Positions 53,398 to 61,081 of a stretch of 64,000 nt of DNA are shown in pieces; position 1 is the first letter of the stretch, and each line of letters opens with the position of its first letter. This DNA comes from Candidatus Omnitrophica bacterium UBA6215. GTDB taxonomy: Bacteria > Omnitrophota > Gorgyraeia > Pluralincolimonadales > Pluralincolimonadaceae. Both the position numbers and the translations under genes were made by a program. The notes below the pieces were generated by a model. The model did not search any database. It was not told where the DNA came from and worked only from the letters and a program-made list of their open reading frames with translations. Location: positions 14,092 through 78,091 of the forward strand of contig DISH01000005.1 of NCBI GenBank assembly GCA_002421665.1. The letters run 5' to 3'.

Positions 53398-56267
53398 AAA
53401 GAATACTGTTAACCGTGTTCACTGGTGTTGTAGCATCGGTATTTTTGCAGGTCTTTGCGTTCTCTGCCGCGACGGAAGCGGTCCCGGCGGCAGGAGGGAC
53501 CGAAACCATCGTCTGGGACAGTCTTGAGTCGAAACACCTCTGGAGCATAGCCCAGTGGGGCGACGCCGCGAAACTGGCCGTAGCCCCTGACAATAAGACC
53601 GAGGGCGAAAAATGTTTCAAGGTGTCGTTCGGGCCGGAAGGCAAGCAGAACCCGCCGAAGGGCGTAGTCCTTGAGCGCGAGCAGTCGGCAATAGACCTCG
53701 ATACGTCCAAAAAACTTACCGTCGATGTATATAATGACGGCCCGCCTCTCGAGATGGCGCTTGTACTGTATACCGATGAATTCATAGAAAGCTCCACGGC
53801 GACCATAAAGAAAGGGTTGAACAAGGACATAACCTTCGACCTCCATGCCAAGGACTTCAAGAGTCCCACGAGTAAATGGCAGTATAATTATTCTCCTCGT
53901 CCCGGAACGATCGCGTGGCGCATAATGTTCATAATGTATACGGAAGACCCGGACATCAAAAGCACGGTATGTTTCGATAATATACGCCTTGAAAGGACGC
54001 CGAGGATAACCAGCGAACAGAAGATAATTGCCTTGGCCGATTACAAAGAGCCAAGGATAACCGCGGTAAAGACCGGCAATGAGAAAGTCGAGCAGTACGA
54101 GAAACTGGAGATCACCGTGGATTTCGAGGGAACCTACCAGTACCCCTATAATCCCGATAATATAGACCTGACGGCTTACTTTACGGCCCCTGACGGGAAA
54201 AAATATATCATGCCGGGCTTCCTTTATTCGGGGAAGGTGGACGGGGTCAACATCTCCGACGCGGTTTGGAAGGTGAGGTTCACGCCGGTGATAGCCGGGG
54301 AATGGGAATACTACGTAGAGGTCAGGAACCCGAAAGGCAAGGCGAAGTCGGAGAAATTTTCATTCGAATGCTTTGCCCCCGCATCGCCCAAGAAGGGTTT
54401 CGCGCGTATAAGCAGGAGAGACCCCTTATTTTTTGAGTTCGAGAACGGGGAGTATTATTATCCGATAGGCCAGAACGTGGCGTGGGCGCCGTCGGTGCAG
54501 ATGTTCGACCATTATTTCTCAAAGATGCACGAGAATATGTATAACTGGACGCGCGTCTGGATGTCAAGCTGGCAATGCGCGATAGAATGGCTGGATGTCG
54601 GGGATTACCACGGGCTTAACAACTATAACCTGAAGAACGCGAAATTGCTCGATGATATAACCGACCTGGCGAAGAAATACGACCTGTATTTCCAGCTTGT
54701 CCTTAACCAGCACGGGCAGTTGAGCACTAAGGTCGATCCCGAATGGCTCAATAACCCGTATAACAAGAAAAACGGCGGTCCATGCGAGAAGCCGGCTGAT
54801 TTCCTTACTGATCCCGAGGCGAAGAGGTTGTATAAGATGCGCATGCGTTATATAGTGGCCCGTTGGGGGTATTCTACCAACATACTCGCTTGGGAGCCGT
54901 GGAACGAGCTGACCCTCATGGACAACTATGACTCGAACCTGGATATCCCCTGGCAGAAAGAGATGGGCTGTTACCTGAATTCCATCGATCCTTACAGGCA
55001 CATGATAACGACCAGCTATTTCGGGAACTTCCCTAAGGAGATATGGAAACTGCCGGAGATAAGCTATGGGCAGATCCATATGTATACCCCGGAGATAGTT
55101 ACCACCCTGGACGGTCTTTACATGATAATGAAGGATTACAAGAAGGCCTATTTCGTCGGGGAATACGGCGGAAGCAACCTCAGCGGAATAGACATCCAGG
55201 ATCCCGATGCGACCGTCCACCACAACGGCATATGGGCTGCCTACATGACCGTGTCCTCCGGCGATGCCATGCCCTGGCAATGGGACGATTATATCGACCC
55301 GAGGAACCTGTATTTCCACTGGCGCGCACTTTCCAAGTTCAACGAGGGCGAGGACAGGCGCGGACAGAAATACCAGTACAGCCGCGGCACCATGGAGTTC
55401 GATGACGGGACCATATTGATGGCACAGGGCATAATGAACAACAATAAGGCCCTGGTATGGGTCTATGACCTTTATGCTACCAAGTTCAATCAGGGGGAGT
55501 TCAAGCCGCTTGACGTCAAGGGCGCCGTCCTGACCGTGGCGGGAATGGACAAAGGCGACTACAAGATAGAGTTCTGGGATACCTACAAGGGTATCGTGAC
55601 AGGCACGGCCGATACAAAATGCGACGGCAGGAAACTCGATATCCCGCTGCCTGAGATAAAGAAGGATATTGCGGTCAAGATCACGGCCTGCAATGAAAAT
55701 GCGCGCCCAAGGTCGGGCAAGATATACATTGAATCGAAATATGCAGAGAAAGACGTCCCTGAAGAACCGCGCAAACTTTGGGAAGGTTTTGAGGTACAGG
55801 GGGACTGGGATTACGCCGGCTGGGGCGATAAAGTGAAAGTATCTCTTGCCGGTAATAAGGTAACGGAAGGGAAAAAAGCGATCAAGGTTGTCTTCGACAA
55901 AGCGGGCAGGAGGACCGACGGGAAAGGTATCTGTGTCCAGAATACCAAGCTGAACCTTGACCTGTCGAAAGAGAAGAAGATGGTATTTGATGTCTATCTC
56001 GATGCGCCTAACTCCATAGAGGTATCGGTCGTACTTAACAGCAAAGGTTTCTGCGAAAGCGTGCGCAGGATCATAGTCCCCGGCTGGAACAGGAATATCA
56101 CTTTTGACCTTAAGGCAAGGACGTTCAAGAAAGAATCTACCAAGTGGCAACACAAAGGAGAGATAGACAGGGAAGAGCCGATGAAGGAAGTGATGTTCAT
56201 GTTCTACCCGTGGGATGTGGAATCGGGGAGCTTCTATATAGACAACGTAGGGTTCCTGAATAATTGA
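53394..56267 (+). CDS. secreted multidomain glycoside hydrolase: CBM-like module (copy 4) + DUF5060-like beta-sandwich + GH-A TIM barrel + CBM-like module (copy 5)
   Basis: ATG 53394 overlaps the ROK stop (ATGA) and follows a GAAGGAG SD. Signal peptide. N-module 53500-54000 (TIVWDSLESKHLW...GLNKDITFDL...CFDNIRLE). Central region is paralogous to 43705..46119 (WEPWNELT). C-module 55776-56264 (LWEGFEVQGDW...PGWNRNITFDL...YIDNVGFL). Confidence 0.7.
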   Translation: MKRILLTVFTGVVASVFLQVFAFSAATEAVPAAGGTETIVWDSLESKHLWSIAQWGDAAKLAVAPDNKTEGEKCFKVSFGPEGKQNPPKGVVLEREQSAIDLDTSKKLTVDVYNDGPPLEMALVLYTDEFIESSTATIKKGLNKDITFDLHAKDFKSPTSKWQYNYSPRPGTIAWRIMFIMYTEDPDIKSTVCFDNIRLERTPRITSEQKIIALADYKEPRITAVKTGNEKVEQYEKLEITVDFEGTYQYPYNPDNIDLTAYFTAPDGKKYIMPGFLYSGKVDGVNISDAVWKVRFTPVIAGEWEYYVEVRNPKGKAKSEKFSFECFAPASPKKGFARISRRDPLFFEFENGEYYYPIGQNVAWAPSVQMFDHYFSKMHENMYNWTRVWMSSWQCAIEWLDVGDYHGLNNYNLKNAKLLDDITDLAKKYDLYFQLVLNQHGQLSTKVDPEWLNNPYNKKNGGPCEKPADFLTDPEAKRLYKMRMRYIVARWGYSTNILAWEPWNELTLMDNYDSNLDIPWQKEMGCYLNSIDPYRHMITTSYFGNFPKEIWKLPEISYGQIHMYTPEIVTTLDGLYMIMKDYKKAYFVGEYGGSNLSGIDIQDPDATVHHNGIWAAYMTVSSGDAMPWQWDDYIDPRNLYFHWRALSKFNEGEDRRGQKYQYSRGTMEFDDGTILMAQGIMNNNKALVWVYDLYATKFNQGEFKPLDVKGAVLTVAGMDKGDYKIEFWDTYKGIVTGTADTKCDGRKLDIPLPEIKKDIAVKITACNENARPRSGKIYIESKYAEKDVPEEPRKLWEGFEVQGDWDYAGWGDKVKVSLAGNKVTEGKKAIKVVFDKAGRRTDGKGICVQNTKLNLDLSKEKKMVFDVYLDAPNSIEVSVVLNSKGFCESVRRIIVPGWNRNITFDLKARTFKKESTKWQHKGEIDREEPMKEVMFMFYPWDVESGSFYIDNVGFLNN

Positions 56268-56321
56268 AGACCCTTCGTAGAATATAGCAAATATTTCCTA
56301 TAAAATAACAATAATATTATC

Positions 56322-56350
56322 TTGACAAAGGAATCTTAAAATGGTATTAT
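56322..56350 (+). promoter_or_regulatory. sigma70-type promoter TTGACA-17-TATTAT for the second PEP-CTERM gene pair
   Basis: Consensus hexamers in a 210-bp very AT-rich intergenic region. The ~130-nt leader carries two copies of the palindrome AGTATACT (56373-56380, 56440-56447). Confidence 0.5.
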
Positions 56351-56480
56351 TTCCCCGAAATAGTTATACCAGAGTATACTTGCCTTGTTATCTAATACTT
56401 AGTTAAACTTTATCCAAACATCTTTTGTTTTTATAACATAGTATACTCGGTTATACTAATCAGTGAAAGGGGGCGGTATA

Positions 56481-57110
56481 ATGGTAAAGAATTTTCTGGT
56501 AATAGCGGTTACAGTGATAGCGTCGCTGTCAATTTCCGTTGCGGCGCACGCTACTGTCCGGTTCGATTTTGCAGATTCAACCCAGGGTTGGGCTGCCGAG
56601 GATTGGGGTTACGGCCTTCCTGCTTTAGCGCAGGTAGGTTGGTCGAAGGACCCTGATACGGGGAGCCTCGAATCGAACAGTTCTTCCATGACATATACGC
56701 GCGCTGACAGCCAGAACTGGACAAAAGTGTACCTGAAAGGCGACTTCGCTTCCTCGCAAGACCTCACGTCGGAAGCTGTGTATACCATGGATCTCTATAT
56801 ACCCGATAACATTTATTTTGGTAAAGCGAAACTCGGGGTCAGGACGGGCAACTCATGGGACCTTTTTGAATCGGATGAGATCAGTTTGGAGCAGGGCTGG
56901 AACGGCCTGTCTTGGAACATGGGCGGTGTTTCGAATATTGCGGACGCCAGGCAGCTGGGGGTCGAGATATCGGGATGGTTCCCGGTCAGCGACGACGCGA
57001 AGTGGAATATCGATAACGTTGCCACTAATTCCGTGCCCGAGCCGGCAAGCATGTTTCTGCTGGGTGCGGGTCTCGCAGGTATCTTTACAATCAAAAAAGG
57101 AAGGAGGTGA
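56481..57110 (+). CDS. PEP-CTERM sorting-signal protein carrying the locus-specific CBM-like module (copy 6)
   Basis: Signal peptide MVKNFLVIAVTVIASLSISVAAHA. RFDFADSTQGW, EQGWNGLSWN, WNIDNV echo the module motifs. C-terminus SVPEPASMFLLGAGLAGIFTIKKGRR. Confidence 0.8.
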   Translation: MVKNFLVIAVTVIASLSISVAAHATVRFDFADSTQGWAAEDWGYGLPALAQVGWSKDPDTGSLESNSSSMTYTRADSQNWTKVYLKGDFASSQDLTSEAVYTMDLYIPDNIYFGKAKLGVRTGNSWDLFESDEISLEQGWNGLSWNMGGVSNIADARQLGVEISGWFPVSDDAKWNIDNVATNSVPEPASMFLLGAGLAGIFTIKKGRR

Positions 57111-57778
57111 AGACAATCATGACGAAGTATTTTATAGCTGTCACGGCTGTTTTGCTTATCGGACAGGCAGCATTCGGCGCGACTCTGTATGATTTTGAAA
57201 GCGGCACCCAGGGTTGGACATACCAGGATTATACGGACAGTCAGGCCATAACGGCTGCCGCGCAGTCCGGCACGCAGGCTAAGTCCGGTTCCTACTCGTT
57301 GATGGGGACCACCCACCTGGTGCCGGGTGACGTCAACTACAGCAAAGGCGAACTTCTTGTGACAAGGACGCAGGCCGACAAACTGGACCTGAACGGTCTT
57401 ACGACATCGGTATCCGTCTACGGGCCCACGGGAGCGGCAGGGACCAACCCCTCGTCTCCCAACGGCTGGCAGATGTTCTTTAAGGACGTCAACTACAAGG
57501 CATGGTACGGTCCGTGGACCAACATGGTCGAGAACAGCTGGACTACCCTCTCTTCAACAATAGGGACCACGACCCCGGCTTTTGTCGATTCGGGATTCGA
57601 CCCGACGCAGATCGTTACACTCGGTGTCAAGATCGGCACCGGCGGTTCTTCAACCGGTACCTATGACGGCGCTGTCTATGTCGATGATTACACGGTAGTC
57701 CCGGAACCGGCCAGCATGCTCCTTCTCGGCAGCGGTTTGATAGGCATACTTGGTTTTGCGAGAAAGAAGAGAGCGTAA
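57107..57778 (+). CDS. PEP-CTERM sorting-signal protein carrying a divergent copy of the CBM-like module (copy 7)
   Basis: Signal peptide. LYDFESGTQGW, PNGWQMFFKDV, VYVDDYTV. C-terminus VVPEPASMLLLGSGLIGILGFARKKRA. Overlaps the previous gene by 4 nt. Confidence 0.8.
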   Translation: MKTIMTKYFIAVTAVLLIGQAAFGATLYDFESGTQGWTYQDYTDSQAITAAAQSGTQAKSGSYSLMGTTHLVPGDVNYSKGELLVTRTQADKLDLNGLTTSVSVYGPTGAAGTNPSSPNGWQMFFKDVNYKAWYGPWTNMVENSWTTLSSTIGTTTPAFVDSGFDPTQIVTLGVKIGTGGSSTGTYDGAVYVDDYTVVPEPASMLLLGSGLIGILGFARKKRA

Positions 57779-57829
57779 AAGTAACGTTAACAAGGCAAGT
57801 AAAAAGATAATAAAGGGGGTATTAGAGCT

Positions 57830-60208
57830 ATGAGGAAAGTTGTAAAAGACTTGCTCCCTCACCCGAAAATAGCTTTAAGCACCCCCTTTTTTATCCGTTT
57901 CCGGCGCAGGGGTGGGGTGGCCCTCATACTGACCGTCGGGGTGCTGGCTTTGATAGCCCTGATAGGGACGTCTTTTGCCGTGAGCATGTTCGCGGATTAC
58001 AAAGCGGCAAAGAATTTCCATCACCTGGCCGATGCCCGCAATCTTGCCGAAGCTGGGGTAAACAGGGCGATAGCGGAGCTTCTATACGGGACCCAGGGGT
58101 TTGTATCGGATGCCGTAGATTCCTCTACAGAGACATGGGCAGGGACCGATCCGTTCTCCGCGAATATAGGCCCTGATAACAGCGGTTACGTGGTCAACAA
58201 GATATCTGACTGTGCCGGGCGGATCTACCTGAACGATACAAATCCCAACCTTAGGGTTATGCTTGGGAACCTGGCGTTCGCATGCGGGCTCGCTGTTTCA
58301 GACGGCCAGGCGATATTCGACAACCGTCCGGCAGCGGGATACTCCTCGCTCGAGGAGATAAAGATGGTCCCTGGTTTCGACGCGGCCAAGTATGCCGCGA
58401 TATCCGATTTCCTTACGACATATGCTTACATTGACGCGGACGTCTCATCAACGGCATATCCGTATTCCGCGGCACCCCGGGCGCCTGTTAATGTCAATAC
58501 GGCGTCAAGGGAAGTCCTCATCGCCGTTCTGTCGGGGATAAGCAATGGCGCAAATACAGTTTCGCAGGCAGAAGCGGCTTCTCTTGCCGGCCACCTTATC
58601 AACGGCCGGCCCTATTCAACTTATGACAACCTATGGGACAGGCTGCTGACGGCCGAAACGCTCGGATATATCTCAGACGGCGACGCAGCGGTGGTAATGG
58701 CTAATGCCAACCCGAACACCGATATGATGAGGTTCAACCCTAACTATTCGTGGAGGTATAAACACGTCTCAAAAGGAGATCCGTCCAATGCCTCGGGTTA
58801 TGACGGTAACGGTATGCCCTATGCGGTGGACAAGACATCGCTGACATCATATACGACGGAATTCTCGTTCAATTCAGGAGGTTATTACGAGATAATTTCG
58901 ACAGGCGTTGTCCGGAATACAGCGGGCGCGCAGCTGGCAACCAGGAGTATCCGCGCTTGCGTCAAGATTTTTGATATCTGGAGGCAGACTACCCAGGCGC
59001 AATTTGCCGCGGGTTTATCAAGCAATGTGTCATCGTACCCGGAGCCTACGGCAGTCACGGCAGCGTCTTATGACGGGCAAGTCATGCTGTCGTTCCTGCA
59101 TTCGTCCGAACCGGTAAGCGGCACTCCGCATTTCCTCCACAAGATGGCCTCGCTCGACGCTTTCAGCGCAGGAGGCAATCCTAACAGGTCCAGTTCTGCC
59201 TGGGTCCCCATGAATCCGAATGCAGCCAGTGTTATAGACGCTTCCGACCCAGGCAACCTTTATCCTGACGGGCTTTTCTTCCCGAGGGACGATACCGTTA
59301 CCAACTACTGGTTCTATCCGGAGAACAACATCGATTCAGCTGACGGGACGCTCGAAATATGGTTCAAGCCCAACTGGCAGTACCATTACGCAACGTTCAA
59401 CAATTCCTGGCATTCGGCCAAGGTCTTTGAGGCGCAGAACAGGGGGACGGGCGGGGGAGGCTTCAGCTGGTCGAATTCGTCCATGGACATATATATAGCA
59501 TCCGACGATGATACTATACGCTGGAGGATAAATAACAAGAACGGCACCCAGTATACCTGGCCGATGTCAATGCCCGTTACCTGGAAACCCGGGACATGGC
59601 ACCAGATAGCAGTAACGTGGGATTATGAAGATTATTCTGGAGACCCTGCGAGGGCCCAGGTATTCTATATCGACGGTATAGGCGCACCCGCGTGGAACAT
59701 AAAAGACGCCCCTAACCAGTTTCTCGGTGACAACGGGCTGGAATTCGGATGTGATACCCCTTACCAGGAACCGCCGAATGCCACTTACGGGGAGATCCGG
59801 ATATTCGCTTCAAGCACTGCCACGTCGCCGGGAATCGATTATGCCACAGGGGTCTATTATGATGTCGGTGACGCGAATTTTGTCTCTTCTTCGGAAACTA
59901 TAGGCGCGGCCAGGCTCGGCACGATATCATGGACGGAGCATATAGCCGATTCATCCGGCAACCCCGTAGTGCCCGGGGCCGACCTTACTTTCGATGTCTT
60001 TGACGGGACCAGCTGGCTCGGCAACAGCGCCGGAAGGTCAAACCCGTCCGGCAACCCACTCAACGTCATTACTGCGGGAGCGGGCGCCGTCCAATACAGG
60101 GTAAATTTCCTCGAGAACGGCAGCGGGCTTTTCGATACTCCGGTGCTGGACGACGTGACTATAACGTATACAAGAAAGGCGGAGATCCTTTACCGGAGGG
60201 ATATTTAA
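57830..60208 (+). CDS. GspK/PilX-like minor pseudopilin fused to a C-terminal LamG/ConA-like lectin domain
   Basis: N-terminal RRRGGVALILTVGVLALIALIGTSFA hydrophobic segment as in T2SS GspK. Two helix-hairpin-helix-like segments including PVNVNTASREVLIAVLSGI. C-terminal ~250 aa with LEIWFKPNW...WHQIAVTWDYEDY...AQVFYIDG resembling a laminin-G/concanavalin-A-like jelly roll. Confidence 0.55.
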   Translation: MRKVVKDLLPHPKIALSTPFFIRFRRRGGVALILTVGVLALIALIGTSFAVSMFADYKAAKNFHHLADARNLAEAGVNRAIAELLYGTQGFVSDAVDSSTETWAGTDPFSANIGPDNSGYVVNKISDCAGRIYLNDTNPNLRVMLGNLAFACGLAVSDGQAIFDNRPAAGYSSLEEIKMVPGFDAAKYAAISDFLTTYAYIDADVSSTAYPYSAAPRAPVNVNTASREVLIAVLSGISNGANTVSQAEAASLAGHLINGRPYSTYDNLWDRLLTAETLGYISDGDAAVVMANANPNTDMMRFNPNYSWRYKHVSKGDPSNASGYDGNGMPYAVDKTSLTSYTTEFSFNSGGYYEIISTGVVRNTAGAQLATRSIRACVKIFDIWRQTTQAQFAAGLSSNVSSYPEPTAVTAASYDGQVMLSFLHSSEPVSGTPHFLHKMASLDAFSAGGNPNRSSSAWVPMNPNAASVIDASDPGNLYPDGLFFPRDDTVTNYWFYPENNIDSADGTLEIWFKPNWQYHYATFNNSWHSAKVFEAQNRGTGGGGFSWSNSSMDIYIASDDDTIRWRINNKNGTQYTWPMSMPVTWKPGTWHQIAVTWDYEDYSGDPARAQVFYIDGIGAPAWNIKDAPNQFLGDNGLEFGCDTPYQEPPNATYGEIRIFASSTATSPGIDYATGVYYDVGDANFVSSSETIGAARLGTISWTEHIADSSGNPVVPGADLTFDVFDGTSWLGNSAGRSNPSGNPLNVITAGAGAVQYRVNFLENGSGLFDTPVLDDVTITYTRKAEILYRRDI

Positions 60209-61072
60209 ATGAAGATATGGGCGGCCCTGGCCGCCGTTATGCTGTTTATGTTCCCTGCACACGCGCAAGAGATGAAGGCGGAGGGCTACGGGAGGGCTGC
60301 AGCGTCCAAATATGAGCTCAGCGTCTCGGCAGAAGTAAGGAAACTTACCTCGGGGGACGCCGTTCTCGTAAAATACAAGACCAACCTGCCGCAGAAGACA
60401 GTGCTATACATGACCGTAAGGGCCCTCGGCCAGGTCCTTGTCACGCGCAAGCAGACGGTGGAAGGTCCGACCTTTGCTATAAGGTTCGGCCCGTTCGATG
60501 ACAAGAGTTTTGCGCCGGGTATATATGTTGTTGATGTCTCATGCCTGCCTTCCCGCCAGGAGAGCGCGTCGGTAAAGGAAGAGCTCGCAGGCATGGATGA
60601 TCTTGTCGCTTCCGCTGAGTTAAGGGTAGGGTCCCCGGAGGAATACGAAGTCACAACGCTCAGGCGCAAGGCCGAGCTCACCTCTGAGCTGGAAGACCTG
60701 GCGGCCTTGTATTCCGCGATAAACACCGAATACGTTTCCCAGAAGAAGGATTTTGACGGGGAGAGATGGGAAGCATTTTCCGCGTCGTGGAAGGAGAAGA
60801 TTGGCGCGATCCGGCAGAAAGACATCCAATACCGCGCCCGGATGCTCGTTATGGATTATGCGGCTCAGGAGAACATAAAGATGATGATGGTTGACACCCT
60901 TGATAAACTCTGGACCAGGTATATGGAAGACCTTTCACAGGAGAACGGCCTCGGTTTCAAGGCCCCGCCTTCACCGGACAACAGGCCTGCGGAGATGCTT
61001 AAAAGCGTTATGCAGGAATTGCTCGTCAACTCGGATAGTTTCGTCTTGACTTTTTCCAAGCAGAAAGATTAA
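60209..61072 (+). CDS. secreted hypothetical protein
   Basis: Signal peptide MKIWAALAAVMLFMFPAHAQ, 287 aa, no recognisable motif. Start codon abuts the previous stop. Confidence 0.45.
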   Translation: MKIWAALAAVMLFMFPAHAQEMKAEGYGRAAASKYELSVSAEVRKLTSGDAVLVKYKTNLPQKTVLYMTVRALGQVLVTRKQTVEGPTFAIRFGPFDDKSFAPGIYVVDVSCLPSRQESASVKEELAGMDDLVASAELRVGSPEEYEVTTLRRKAELTSELEDLAALYSAINTEYVSQKKDFDGERWEAFSASWKEKIGAIRQKDIQYRARMLVMDYAAQENIKMMMVDTLDKLWTRYMEDLSQENGLGFKAPPSPDNRPAEMLKSVMQELLVNSDSFVLTFSKQKD

Positions 61073-61081
61073 TATAAATCC

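Noticed and set aside
54564-56153. 529-aa minus-strand ORF inside the large multidomain hydrolase gene
   Set aside because: No recognisable domain. The sense frame encodes a protein paralogous over its whole length to another gene in the window (43705..46119) plus two copies of the recurrent CBM-like module. Called antisense ORF artefact.
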